DNA from: Tubulanus polymorphus
Lineage: Eukaryota > Animalia > Nemertea
Length of the DNA: 64,000 nucleotides
Assembly: GCF_964204645.1 (NCBI RefSeq)
Contig: NC_134028.1
Span: 13,957,653-14,021,652, forward strand
Reading direction: 5' to 3'
Position numbers and translations under genes: made by a program
Part shown: positions 38,601-52,185 of the stretch, piece by piece
Layout: every line of letters starts with the position of its first letter
Numbering within the stretch: position 1 is the stretch's first letter
Notes under the pieces: model-generated
Seen by the model: only the letters and a program-made list of their open reading frames with translations
Databases searched by the model: none
What the model was told of the DNA's origin: nothing

Positions 38601-39254
38601 GGTAACGAGGCATATTTTGTTATCACAATCAATTACAAAATCGTAGCAAATGACGTGTTCTATGATTGTGGTGAGTTTCAAGGTCATTGGTTTTTGTATA
38701 TGGTCACCAGAGGACGTTGAATATTGAAATTGTTAGATTGTTGAGCATTCGAAACCACTTCCCAAGTGGGCATGGTGTCTCTGGGCCCCTAGTTTTGTCA
38801 GAATGAAGAAAAGTTTTGGTTCAAACAAAAAGTTTGTTCGATCAAACAGAATAGTTTTCATTCCCACAAGATTTTCTTGTGGGAAGATTAAAGTTTTTGG
38901 TCGAACGGCGTGTTAAGGTCGTTTCAGAAATTTACTCGGTGTGGTATATTTTGGATTACTGTGTATGTCATTTGTCGGGACATTAAACAGAAGACTTAGG
39001 ATACTATTTTGCGTGACTCCACTAGTTAGACCGACTAATTCCCAGATGAGGCGTTCCGTTGATATGGCTACAAGTTTTCGTCAGAGATAACTGCTGAGCC
39101 ATTTAAGAGCGACCTATCATTGATAATGTTTCCTAATAGCTTGTTTAGTAATGGCTGATGTTGTGCCTTATCAAATGCTTTGTCGAAATCCACCGTTGAA
39201 CAGGATTCTAAGACTGTGCAGAAAACCTGTTATCGCTGCTTTGCAGCTATATTT
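35695..39254 (+). mobile_element. Headless HINE unit E
   Basis: Body restarts right after tail D; shares the GAAC/TTCG-rich segment with unit B; tail at 39219-39254. Confidence 0.75.
37541..38792 (+). mobile_element. Second-family Helentron/HINE-like element nested in unit E, with four ~152-bp internal repeats (38150-38720)
   Basis: Inserted in a T-run that is uninterrupted in unit B (~25835); subTIRs GCCACTTG / CAAGTGGGC; ends CTAG-TTTT; no TSD. Confidence 0.65.
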
Positions 39255-39617
39255 ATTATTATTATTTTCTTCCACACTATTTTACTAAAAGAACAAAGGC
39301 TTTGTTACCTTGACGCTGTTGTCGATACAATCCGTTTGATATCATTCAGCTCACTTCGATCTACAAATAACCCGTTCGTATTTTGAAGAATCATCGTTAC
39401 AAAAGCACTGTCGGGCCGTAAAAATCGAAAATTGAGCCCCATTTAAAGAGCCGACATGTTTTTCTAAGTCATCTTTCCGAAATCTACCGCACGTTTCTTG
39501 TCACATCAATTATCAATTCAAGCATAAATTAACGAATATATTACCCAAAGATTGCACATTCTGTCGCGGTTTTTAAAAACTAATTTTAACAATAGCCCAT
39601 TTGTCTCATCAAATCGT
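39255..39617 (+). mobile_element. Headless, truncated HINE body F
   Basis: Homologous to 13810-14093 plus 22718-22795; cut by Polinton debris. Confidence 0.75.
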
Positions 39618-39629
39618 AGGCATAAATCT

Positions 39630-41760
39630 ATGTGGTCACACTGTACATAGTTAGATTACCTATTTAATATTTGAAGACGGATAATATAGGCTAAAGTTAG
39701 TAATGGAAAAAGAATTGGACATGGATGAATTTTATCATAATGTTTTACAACCACATCTTGGAGAAAAACATATAGAAATACTACATTTTAAAGATTTAAA
39801 AAAATAATTTAGTAAATGATCTAAAAACATTTTCAGATTTCAGTAACTATCCTAAAGATAATCCATTATATAATACTGATAATAAAAAGGTACAAGGTAA
39901 ACTTTTAAGATGAATTAGGTGGTGAAGAAATGATTGAATTTATAGGAATTAGTTAAAAAAATTATTCATATAAAACTACAACTCATTAATCGAAAAATTA
40001 AAAGGAATAACAAAAAGTGTTGTATAAAAATAAATATTCATTTTAAAGATAATATAAATTGTATTTTTAATGAAGACATAAGAAAAAATAATATGAAATG
40101 TTTAAGATCAGAAGATCATGAAATGTAAATTGAAAAAAACATTAAAATCTAGAATGTGGAAATATTTTACCGCAAATGAAACATATAAATATTTTGATAT
40201 ATTAGATGATTAAGTAAAAGGTTACAATAATTCTAATCGTAGTTCTATAAATATGAAACCAATGAATGCATGAAAATTAGAAAATTCAGAAATAGTTATC
40301 TATATATACTAGCTAAAAAACCGAAAGCATTATAAATTATATGTGCGTGCTATTTAAACCTGGATAACTTAAATGCGTGCTTATTGCTTTTCCATATTTA
40401 GTATCAATTGCTTTAATTCATCAATATGATATTCATCATCTTCTGATAATTCATTTAATTTTCTAAATATGAAATCTTATTTCTTTTTTGGTGCGAATCG
40501 TGTATTCAATTCGTTCAAATTCATTGAAAATATTACGTTACTTTTTCCTTTAGTTAGTTTGCGCTCCATTTATATAGAAGGAATTTATTAAATGTATTTT
40601 ACCCATTATTTCTACCTACCTTACCAATATTACCTATCTTACCTCATGTCTGTCTAAATATTGTTTAATCGAATTGGATTTATTTATTCCAATACATTTG
40701 CATATTCTTAAAATTTTAGATTGAATTTTTAAACAAATTAAAGGTAACAACTTATTACATTGTTCGCAATAGTTATCATCATTTTCATTTGATTCATCTT
40801 AACTCTTTAAATATTCTTTATATTCTTTTATCATTCTCTATGATCTCTCTTTATTTCACTAACACATCTTTTACATGTATATATTAAACCATCAATTGTT
40901 CCTTTTCTTTCGTGAAATTCTGAATAACTTTCACTACAATAAATTCACTACAATCTATACATCTTTTCATATTAAATTCATCTGAACATAGATTAAACTT
41001 ACTATTTTTATCTCTTTCCTCAGTATTAAAGTCATCAATTACCTTTAATCTTCTACAAAAATGACGGGCTCTGTCACGATTTTCAAGCGCATTATTATTC
41101 TGCATTTATATAGGAAAAAATTACCAAATATTATTAAACCACATTCACCCAAAATCCTACCTACTTCATATTTTATACTTCTGATATGAAACCCATAACT
41201 TACATTTACTGTTAGCATTATTGATTTACACAATTCGATTTTATCACATAATTCGTTATGCATTTTCTGTCATAAATTTAGACGAGCATTTAACAACTAA
41301 AATATATTTTATTATGGTGATTACTATCCATTCTGAAGAATAAATCTATTTGTTTTAACCAAATAAAATGCTCATTTTCATCTCCTTTAAGATTTCACAC
41401 TCTCATCATCATATGTTTCTTTGAAATTATAAAGCTTCTAATATGTAATCTTTAATATTTTCGCTTTTTGTCTCTGGTAATTGCATTACTTCGAATGCAT
41501 TGATTTTTAAATTATTAACTTTTTCTATTTTGGTATCATTTTATAGTTACTGGGTATTAATCAATTTTATATGTTGATTCATAATTGCGATAATCCGCTA
41601 TTATAAAACTACGTGTAATTTCTTTTTCTTGGTGTAAACAACTAATAATCGACCATAGAAAATATTTATCATCTTCATTTTGAACATTTATTACTGCTTA
41701 CTTTCCCAGAAATACTAATTTTTGGGTATTCAACATCCGTTACAAAATCCATTATTCTCC
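39630..41760. mobile_element. Rearranged Polinton debris with protein-primed PolB fragments on both strands
   Basis: Plus strand ~39890-40100 reads GK.KDELGGEEMIEFIG...KLKGITK (pPolB C-terminus); minus strand ~41650-41700 reads AVINVQNEDDKYFLWSII (pPolB N-terminal region, cf. ~47670). Very AT-rich, many stops. Confidence 0.7.
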
Positions 41761-41765
41761 AATTA

Positions 41766-43630
41766 TTAGACCAGCCGTAGGCTGAGCCTATTGCTATACA
41801 AATGGAGCGAATTTAAATGACATGGTTTCCACACAAAAGGCTCTTTTGCTTGCCAAGTGAGGGCATATTCGAACAAATCACGTATTTAAGCGTAATCCAT
41901 TCTCGGAATCGTAGCGAGCAGAATTTTGAAATAGGGTCTCATAAAAATGTTTTCTGCATTTTTCACGAAAGTGCATTTTTCACGGGAAAATTTCAATTTT
42001 TATCAGCCAATCAGGAAGTTGTGTCTTCCCTGCGTTTGGTTTATCTGAAAATATCAGCAGCTGTTCACGTGAATTATCGCGATTTCATTACTGGCGCTTT
42101 TGCGCATGACGTCATGTATCAACACGCGACAAAACTTCCGCGTTCGCTACGTGTTCGCTGATTGGCCCATTTACTGGGAAATTCCACAGAAGCCTAATGT
42201 GGTTTGTTACAAGCGCTGTGATTGGCCCGACCCGATTCTGGCATGGCTTTAGCTTAGTGGGTTCGAATCCCTTGACGGGTGAAGATGATGGATCCTATCA
42301 ATATCCTATTGAAACAAATAAGTTTCCCGGTTGGGCAGCCGCGGATATCTACCGGAAGTGTTCCGGTTCGATATTTCGAGGTTTCTTTGAATTTTGGAGT
42401 GATATTGAAATCCGGTAAATACCAGCGGTAGATTGTGAAAACCCATTGCATGATATTTGTATTACTTAATCAACGAAAAGCGTCGGGGCCGCGCTAGGAG
42501 TTTTCGTGATTCAAGTAGCGCAATAGCCTACTTCTTCGTGTTCGTCCACCTCAATTTTCACTCCGCCGATCTCTGACACGGCTCTGTCCCCGTCGGCGCT
42601 GTGATTACACTTTCGTACCACCAAAATTTTTTATTTCTATATCAGGGAGGTCTGGAGAATAAAAAAGTCAAAATTTGGATATCACATAGGCCTGATTTCA
42701 TCGAATAAGTCGACCATGGGTGTTACGTTTCCGTACTTATTACCACCTAAAACCGTCTGAACAATTTTGTCACAACCAACATTTCGTTTACAGAAATCAG
42801 GTTTTCACGTGAATCCGCGGTATCGTCTACTGTTTTACTTCCGGGTTTTATTTTAAGATTTAAAATTGTATTTCAAGATCGATTTCTATGAAATCTTTAG
42901 TTGATTTGGTGTTTGGGAGGAATTTTTATTTGCTCTACAGAAAATTCATCCTTGACAATTGCGCAAGTTTCGCGAAAAAAATGTTTTACCAAATAAGGTG
43001 TATGACCTTGATATGCTAATTAGCCATGTGCCCGAATTGCAAATTCAATCAAATTTTATTCTGCCAAAAAATGTTTAATACCTTGATTATTCGTATATAT
43101 TTGTATCCCCCGAGGGCCCATCGGCATGAGAAAAATTGAGTCGATCGGACTCAAGATGGCCGTACTGTGACCTTTTTTGTTCCCAAAAATGTCAATTTTG
43201 GCCTGAATTCTGAGTACTGTAGCTTTCTAATGGTGCGCCATGTTTCATTGCAATTTGTAATGGGTATTCTTTGGAAAGGGATCTTTTATATCCGAGAGGG
43301 TATTTTTGACCAGGCAATTATGACGAACTGGGCGGCCATCTTGGGGTCATCAGTACTCATTCGTAGGTGGAAACAAGAAAATTAATTTTAGAAAATAATT
43401 TGACGCCTGCGAAAAAAATGTAGAATTTCTGGGCTAAGCTAATGTGGAATTGCAAATTTGAAATCGAAGTTTTAAGAAATTTGGGGAATGATGAGATTTT
43501 GCGATTGGGTAGATGATACAGGTCTTCGACTCTAGTAGTGGTTTAAATTTTTTTATTGAAAATTCGTCAATAATTGATCGCGAACTTGCGACCGACTTCA
43601 TTTACTTATGCCTCTAAGCTGGTCTGCAAC
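41766..43630 (+). mobile_element. Probable third HINE-like non-autonomous element
   Basis: Begins TTAGACCAGC with a hairpin, inverted GCTGGTCT at 43618; 43080-43370 is homologous to 37835-38125; 42790-42925 recurs at 51315-51445. Confidence 0.4.
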
Positions 43631-45282
43631 TTCATTGCCTCCATGGTTGAAGAAAGAGCTCTTCTGATGTCTGCTTCATCATGACTTCGAGCATATCGTG
43701 TGGCCTAGCCAGCCGGCCCGGTCCCCGGGCCCGGGCCACGGGTTTGGCTGTCACTCGATATCCTAGAGTCTTGAGTCTGGGTGGGTTGAAGTAGACATTG
43801 TCATTTAAAATAACATGCTTATGTTGTTCTGTATGAATTACCCGTGTGTCATGTATGTTGTATTAATTTATTTTAAAATTTGTATTTATTGAATTGGGAA
43901 TTTTATCCCGGAATTTCAATGTAATAAGGATCAATAAAGAATTGAATTGAATTGTCACCTAATACACATGCCATCAGAGGACGCGGAGCCGTATATGACA
44001 GCTATGCTATTATAAATTGCTAATCTCACGAAACCTGCATACTCCTAATATCAAACATATTTTCTAAAACGTTTGAATATTGAAATTATATGTTTACACA
44101 TTTTCATATTTACCGCTTGTAGCCGCTGATGAAATTCACGCCGGCCCTACACACATCGTAGATAGCTTCGTCATTCCACCGGCATGCCAACGTTAGGGTC
44201 TGACTTTTATATCAGACTTCCAAATCGTGTATACATCCGCCATTTAACCGAATAATCCGATTTACTTATCATTTCTATTTATGCCTGCCGTTTCTGATAT
44301 AATCATACATCCTTTACTATTACAATACGTCTTCTAATGATATTCAATGCAATATAACATTTCGACGTTCAAATATAGGTCATTATATAATCACAGGAAG
44401 CCATTCTACATCTATGTCAATAATATTTTGCCAGATAGCTTGTTTGCGTACACATAGACCTGTGACGTTTTGCACATCGATTTACGGCTGTCGTTTGTAA
44501 AATGACGCTGAATGGTTAACATTGTTTAGGTTTCATAATGGTAACGTTTTATAAGGCGTCAAAAAAAGTTTTTCCACATCATAATTGATACTTAAGCATA
44601 TTTTGCTACTATAATCAATTGGAAAGTTGTAGCTCATGACATGTTCTATGATCGAGGTCGCATTTAATTTTATCTGATACTACATTATTGTTCTTCTCTT
44701 TCATTAGAATTTTCTGGAGTTTCAAACCTATAACATTCTTTTTATGTTTTACAGTTTTTTTCATTTTTTCAATTGGATAATATATTTTAACAATATGGTC
44801 AACAATACTCATTTTGATCATTTATTTTTTCTATTCGATTCTCATAACTTTCCATTTACAAGGAAAGACAAGAATTATGTGTGCGGGCGACTCAACCTCT
44901 CGACCTCGTTTCAAAACCTGATTTTGCAATTACTATTGAAATATATCATTTTCGTTTCTCATGAAATTTAGATCTCTGGCTTTAACTTTCACATAGTATT
45001 GCAAAATTATATTTACATCAATGGGACTTAACGATCTTATGGAAACGAAATCATGTTCAGTGCTGGCGAGTGGGTCGCGTTTTGACTCGTGATGCCAAAT
45101 ATAAAAACAAGATCGCGTATTTTTAAGATGGCCGGTCTGTTGATGTGTACGATTAATGCACTCCAGTACGAGTTTCTAATGCAGAATAACTACTTGAATG
45201 ACATTTCAGGAAGGTGTGACTTAGATCAACCCATTTTTGCAAAACATCCAAAGTCAGTGCGGCGTGTGTGTTGTAAGCCTAC

Positions 45283-45449
45283 CTGTAATACTGCTATGAC
45301 TCGTTGCCGTGCTCTTTTAAACAGTTGTTCATCATTCCATTCAGGATTTCTGGTCTTTAAACCCCGAGCTACGCGGTTATGGTAACGGTACCAAGCGATA
45401 TATATGGAAAGAATTGCAGGATTTTCGTGTATCTTCGAATTACTGGCAA
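45283..45449 (-). CDS. DUOX: DUOX-like peroxidase-domain exon (4th of 4 seen)
   Basis: AG/GT bounded; encodes VASNSKIHENPAILSIYIAWYRYHNRVARGLKTRNPEWNDEQLFKRARQRVIAVLQ (cf. DUOX WFRYHN...DEELFQHARKRVIATYQ). Confidence 0.85.
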
Positions 45450-45540
45450 CTAAATTGAGAATACGAAGATTGCAGAAATTGATTTCTTAAACATCTACTT
45501 TGACTGTTTACAAAAATTGATAACGGCGAAAAGCATTTAC

Positions 45541-45745
45541 CCCACAGATTAGCAATATTTCTGCTTTTTCTGTTGTGAACAGGAGGCAGAATTGACAGTG
45601 GAAGATGACTACGACTGTTTAAAGCAGGAAACTTAAGGTCACCTACATCCAAAAGTCCATCTTTTCTCAATCTCAGATAGTGACACCAAGCATTACTCAC
45701 TCCATATAGAACACTCCCATCGATCCAAGCACTTACAGAGTTTTT
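45541..45745 (-). CDS. DUOX: DUOX-like peroxidase-domain exon (3rd)
   Basis: AG/GT bounded, phase-compatible; KNSVSAWIDGSVLYGVSNAWCHYLR (cf. [24 protein letters not shown]). Confidence 0.85.
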
Positions 45746-46166
45746 CTTTAAATGGAAAGTAAGTCAACATGGCATGTTTTACATGAAAAACATTATTTTA
45801 CAAGTGGGCAGATAAATGTGGAATTTGTCATCATGAGTCCATGATAGTAACCCTGAAGTTATCGCATCACATTTCCAGCCATTTACATAATGATTGGGCA
45901 CGTGACCTTGGAGATTATAAGCTATATACTACGTTTTTTAGATTGTGTAGCTTAGATGTTTCATATGAAGAATTTAGCAACATATCTCGGTTCTGACCAC
46001 TTAACCTTCCATGGATCGAGTCTCTGAAAAACTCCCACTCTCGACTCATATAGGTTTTATACAGTGACTAATATTTGGATTCAAAAACAAAAATCCACCC
46101 TTGTCTTCTTAGTGAAATCTGGAAATACGAGGTTATTTCCACTTTGATTTAAAAAATGTTTATAAA

Positions 46167-49100
46167 AGTAATAGGGTAGGTGGCTTTTCATACCAGAGGT
46201 CGAAAGGTCGAGCTCATAAAAAATAAAAAATAAATTCTCACACGCTCGAATTTATTTCTTATTTTTCACTCACTCAACCTTTCAACCTCTGATATGATAC
46301 AACACTTACCCCAATTACTCTGATAATATTCATATATATTGAACATTATATAAATGAATATTATATTAATGAAATCAATTTTATTAAAAAATATGTATAA
46401 TAAATGGAGAGTAAACAAACACACAGTGAATTCCTAGCTAGAATCAAAGATACTACAGTTGTTAAATCTGTAGATTATTAATTCAAAAAGTTAACAGAAT
46501 TAACATAACATGAGAAATATTTAATTACAAATATTGAGACTATAACTAATAGATATGGTAATGAATTAGTTATTCACTTAGAATATGAAGGATTAAAAGA
46601 AAATAAATATAAATTCAGAACATATTTACGAGATAGATTTCATAGATTATCTAGTGAAGATATTGAATAATTATATTCAGGTGATTTCTATTTCAAATAT
46701 AAAGGTAAGAATGAAAAAGGATGCCATGATATAGATTTCGAATGAAGTAGAATCAATTTCAATGAAATAAACGTTTAATAATTGGAAGCAAAAAAAGTAC
46801 TACTGTCCAACATGTTGAATCAATATAGATAAATCTCAAAAGCAAGACATAATGATACTAAATCTCAATTAGAAAATAAATTGAAATTAGAATATAATAA
46901 TGATATATTAGAAACTAAATTAGAAGAATTAAAGAATGAAAAAGAAATACATAAATGTGTTACATGAAATCAATCATTTAGTAACAAAAGATATTATGAA
47001 CAACATTTAAAATCTAAAAGTCACATTAGAAATATCAATAATGATATTTTAGGTGAAGATTTGATTTTGATAAAGATATTAATAAGAAACAAAACATAAT
47101 TAAAAGAATGAAAAATAAATTAAACAATAAAAGACCATACATGGAGGATGTAAGAAATTATATCAATTCATTAGATGATAAAAAGATATTGAAATAACCG
47201 AAGCAATTAAAAGTGATATTGGACCAGCTGCTATTGAATTCAAATTTTATAAAGGCAACATTGGAAGAAAATAAAAAAACATTTAGAAAGTATGAAAAAT
47301 ATTATAAAAATAATTACAAAAGTTGAATATCCTGAAATTGGTATATCTGCTAAAGTTAAATTAATAAAATCTGAAGATAAACCGATAAACAATATAAATT
47401 CTCATTCGCAACATATTATTTCAAAACAACATATAGATGATAGATTAAATAAACGTAATAATGAAATAAAAAGTAAAATAGAAGAGACATTTTTTGAAGG
47501 ATCTGGTTTAATATTTGATGAAATAATATTTATGACGTTACATGTGTACAATAAAAAATGTAATAAATCAACTAAATCAAAACCAATTGATGAATATAAT
47601 TGATCATATTATAGAGATGATAATATAGATGCATCAAGCTATATTAAACTACCATTTAAAACTAATGCTGTAATAAATGTACAAAATGTAGATGATAAAT
47701 GTTTTTTATGGTCAATAATTAGTTGCTCACATCCAACAGAAGATATTACACATAGTTTAAGATTAACAAATCAAAAATACTATTTGAAAATAATTATAAG
47801 ATAGACAGTTATCCTGTTAGAATTAAAAATATTCCAAAAATAGAAAGAGATAATAATGTAAAGATAAATGTATTAGATTAAATCAAATTACCAAAAACAA
47901 AAGGTAATACTATTAAAAATTATACATTAGAACCTTTGTATTTATCAAAAGATTATGATGCAAATGGTGTTATAGATATATTATATTATGAGAATCATTA
48001 TATGTGGATAAAACAAATTGATTTATTTTTTAAATCAGAAAAATGATTATACTCGTTAAATATATCTATGTAGAAAATGTATAACTAAATTCAGTAATGA
48101 GAGTGCATTATTAAATCATAAACAATTATGTGATAATTATGATTAATGTAAATTAATTTTACCAAATGAAAAAGATAAAATATAAGAATTCAAAAAATAT
48201 GATTGCAAGAATAAAGTACCATTCGTAATATATGGAGATTTTGAATCATTGAATAAAGAATTAACTGATCAAGATAGAAAAGAAATATATTATAAAAGAA
48301 AGAAATTAAATTCTAATGAAAATGATTTTGCAGAAGAACCCCCAAAACAAATACCATTACAAAGATTCATCGATCAGCTGCAGCCTTTGGATTATATGTA
48401 AAATCAGACTATCCCGAACAAATTAAAAGTGAATATTGCTATTATAGAAATGAAAATGTTATCAATCATTTTTGTGACTAATTAATTGATTATTAAATGA
48501 ATATTCCAGGTTTAACTTGGGATTGTGGTTTAAAATTTACAGATATAAAAATAGATTTACTAACAAATATAGATCAATTATCATTATTCATTAGAAAATT
48601 CTATAAGAGGAGGTGTTTCAGGTGTATTAGATGATAGATATTCCAATGTAAATGATGACCCTGGATATTAATTATTATACATAGATGCTAATAATCTATA
48701 TGGTTGGGCAATGGTGGAACCACAGCCTTATGGAGTATTTAAAATAACTGAAATTTTACAGCACAAAAATGTTGATAAATTTGATTGGATGAAAAGATTT
48801 CTAGATATTGCAGATGATTCAGATATTGGTTACTTCTTCGTTGTAGATTTAGAATATCCTGAACATAAAAAATGTAAATATAGAAATCTAGTAATGTCCC
48901 GAACAAAACCGTAACACATGAAGAATTATCAAATTATCAAAAAAAGAATTAAACCCGATGATCATATTCATACAGAAAAGTTAATGGTGACTCAGGTACA
49001 TAAATATAATTATGTAGTACATTATAGAATTTTAAAATTGTATTTGAATCAAGGAATGATTCTAGAAAAGTAGATAAATATATTTCATTAAGTCAATCTA

Positions 49101-50225
49101 AATGGTTAGAAAAATACATATATCAAAATACCAAACAGAGTTTTATACTTTTAATCATGCTTTGTTTCTTATTAATATCTTAATCAAAATTATCTTCACC
49201 TAAAATATCATTATTAATATTTCTAATATAACTTCCAGATTTTAAATTAAATGTAGTTTATAATATCTTTTGTTACTGAATGATTAATTACATGTATCAC
49301 ATTTATATATTTCATTTTCATTCTTTAATTCACTCAATTTAGTTTCTAATATATCATCTTTATATTCTAATTTCAATTCATTCTCTCAGTGAGATTTTTA
49401 GTTTTATTGTGTCTTGCTTTTTGAGATTTATCTATATTGATTTTACATGTTGGTCAGTAGTACTTCTTGTTTGATTCCATTTATTACATAATTTTTTTAT
49501 TAAAATTTATTTCATATTATTCGAAATCTATATCATGGTGTCCTTTTTCATTCTTACCTTTGTATGTGAAATAGAAATCACTTGAATAAAATTCTTCAAT
49601 ATCTTCACTAGATAATCTATTAAATCTATCTGGAAAATACGTTCTGAATTTATGTTTATTTCCTTTTAATCCTTTATATTCTAAGTGAATAACTAATTTA
49701 TTACCGTATTTATTAGTAATTGTTTCAATATTTGTAATTCAATATTTCTTATGTAATGTTAATTCATTAAACTTTTTGAATTTATAATCTACAGATTTGA
49801 CATTTGTAGCATCTTTGATTCTAGCTAGGAATTCACTGTGTATTTGTTTACTCTCCGTTTATTATACATACTTTTATTCAAATTGATTTCATTAATATAA
49901 TATTCATTTATATAATGTTCATATATATGAATATCCTTAGAGTTATAGGGTAAGTTTTGTTTCATATCAGAGGTTGAAAGGTTGAGTGAGTGAGTGAAAA
50001 ATGAAAAATAAATTTGAAATTGATTTCATTAATATTATATTCATTTATATAATGTTCATATATATGAATATCCTTAGAGTTATAGGGTAAGTGTTGTTTC
50101 ATATCAGAGGTTGAAAGGTTGAGTGAGTGAGTGAAAAATAAATTCGAGCGTGTGAGAATTTATTTTTGTTTTTTATGAGCTCGACCTTTCGACCTCTGGT
50201 ATGAAAGGACACTTACCCTATTACT
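46167..50225 (+). mobile_element. Internally deleted Polinton/Maverick element in a DUOX intron
   Basis: Termini AGTAATAGGG...CCCTATTACT; 6-bp TSD TATAAA (46161-46166, 50226-50231); ~950-bp diverged inverted arms; pPolB remnant inside. Confidence 0.9.
47290..49135 (+). pseudogene. Protein-primed family B DNA polymerase remnant
   Basis: FEGSGLIF, AVINVQN.DDKCFLWSI, PFVIYGDFES (Exo I), PGLTWD, IRGGVS, YIDANNLYGWAM (motif A), GYFFVVDLEYP; stops, frameshifts and an internal deletion near 48495. Confidence 0.88.
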
Positions 50226-50439
50226 TATAAACAAGAAATTCAACCACCCTCGTCGTGTCTAGAAAGGAGGTTTGGATGAGAAACAAGGTGCCTAACAGTA
50301 GAGTTACTTTAGAAAAAAAGGAAGTCTTATACAAATTCTTATATAATCTTATTTCTGGCTCGAGAAATCAAACGTGCATGATCAGGTTGGGCGATTTAAA
50401 TTGTTTAGAAATTTGATTCAAATCAGCGTCATTACTCAC

Positions 50440-50627
50440 CAAAGCTCTTGGGAGATTTTCTGACTGACCCGTTGATTTGACATATTCTGATCTGGCAAAT
50501 GGTAGTGATTCATTACCATTGCAGCCCACATCAAATCTCATGTCACACATAGGAACTCGGATATTTTCTTGCTCCAAAGGGCACCCAATGTCGGTGGTGT
50601 CATAAATCTCAAGATTTACAAAATCAC
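50440..50627 (-). CDS. DUOX: DUOX-like peroxidase-domain exon (2nd)
   Basis: CAG/GTGAGT bounded; DFVNLEIYDTTDIGCPLEQENIRVPMCDMRFDVGCNGNESLPFARSEYVKSTGQSENLPRAL (cf. GCPAEFLNIRIP...LPFQRS...TGRSPSNPR). Confidence 0.87.
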
Positions 50628-50733
50628 CTGCCAAGCAATCGAAATGGTTGAGCAAGTGCTTATAAGAGATTAACATATTTATTTATTAACATAGATATAC
50701 AACATCATAAATCGTTCGAAACGGTTTACGTAC

Positions 50734-50898
50734 AGAAATATGCAAAAAGTGCCGTGTGATTCCCGACGGTTTTTCTTTCTCTAGACAGATTTTTTGCAAA
50801 GTATCTATTGCTTAGAAGTCGAGAGTTCGGTCTAACTTCTATCATCCTGTGGACAGAATCCTCATATTCCGCGTCAGTTAGTCTGGTCAATGGTGAGC
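50734..50898 (-). CDS. DUOX: DUOX-like peroxidase-domain exon (1st seen)
   Basis: TAG/GTACGT bounded; GSPLTRLTDAEYEDSVHRMIEVRPNSRLLSN...NHTALFAYF (cf. GSRLQRLVPASYADG...PNPRDLSN...NRTVLGVFF). Confidence 0.85.
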
Positions 50899-51634
50899 CT
50901 ATACAAATGGAATGCATTTTATTAATCAGTATCAAACCATTTTTATAATTTTTTGCCCTCATTTGGCTAGTAGGACACTTAATATCTTGTGGTGTACCAT
51001 GATTTTTCTCATTCAAGATAAATATTCATAACCCCTATTTTCATCATATTTCATTTTCTGAAATGCATTACTAATATGCGCTGAATCAAATTGAGGCAAT
51101 TTGAAAGACATGGTTTCCATGAGAATGGTCCTTTGACAGTGCAACTGAACGTATATTCACACAAAACTAAAAGCATTATCCATTCTCATAATCCTAGCGA
51201 GTTGAATTTTTAAAAAGGGCCACGTTACATGAGCTTTTCGCGAAAATCTGAAGGCAAAAATATCAGTCAAATGCCAATCAGAGAAACAAAGACTCCTCTA
51301 TGATTGGCTTATCACAAATCAGGTGTTCACGTGAACCCGAGGTGTCATCTACTGTTTTGCTACTGGGTTTTATCTTAAGATTTGAATGGTATTTCAAGAT
51401 CGATATCGCTAAAATCTTCAGTTGATTTGGTTTTTAGGAGGAATTTTGGCCCAAGTCCGATATCGAAATTACAGTGCAACGCGTAGAGTACTTTTGCAGT
51501 AAATCGTGGAATTTATGCGCACGCTGAAATATAAAAGCGTAGTAATATGGAACTAAAAGAAGTTCCAAGAAAAAAGATCCTTGATTGGGGATCCATATTC
51601 TGCAGCTGATGACACGCGACACCTTGCATACTAG

Positions 51635-51872
51635 GGTGATGACTCTACAGGACGGTTGACAGATGACACCCTACACACCCGTAAGGTGATGACTACACAG
51701 GACGGTTGACAAGAAAATACCATACACAACAGTTTAATACGTGACAACTCCACAGGACGGTGGTCAGATTACACCCTACACACCCGTTCGGTGATGACTG
51801 CACAGGACGGTTGACAAGTAAACACCCTACACACCAGTTTGATACGTGATAACTGTACAGGACGGTTGACGA
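51635..51872. repeat. Minisatellite, ~5 copies of ~50-55 bp
   Basis: Recurrent GACT.CACAGGACGGTTGACA...CACCCTACACACC. Confidence 0.8.
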
Positions 51873-52128
51873 TAGGCCCTCCACACGATTTAGGTTCCGT
51901 GTGAATGCGTATACCAATCGTCTTGTCTTCTGTTTCTTGGATATCATTCACCTACAGGTTGGTTGATGTGGAGACATACACATCAGTGGAGACATATACA
52001 CCAGTGTCACACGTCTATAATATTAAATGATATATTCATATTCCTTTACATAGAACCGGTCTGCCAACCGCCAAGGGTATAGTTCACTAATTCCTAAATT
52101 GATTCCTCATTACCCTTAGCTCGGTTAA

Positions 52129-52185
52129 CCCCGATAGCTCAAGTGGTAGAGCAGTCGCCCATCCGTGGTTCGAGTTCCGGTGGCG
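52129..52185 (+). mobile_element. tRNA-derived SINE head
   Basis: TAGCTCAAGTGG A box and GGTTCGAGTTCC B-box-like motif; anticodon arm missing. Confidence 0.5.

Noticed and set aside
43700-43745. GC-rich hairpin CCGGCCCGGTCCCCGGGCCCGGGCC
   Set aside because: Isolated, with no second copy or context to assign a function.
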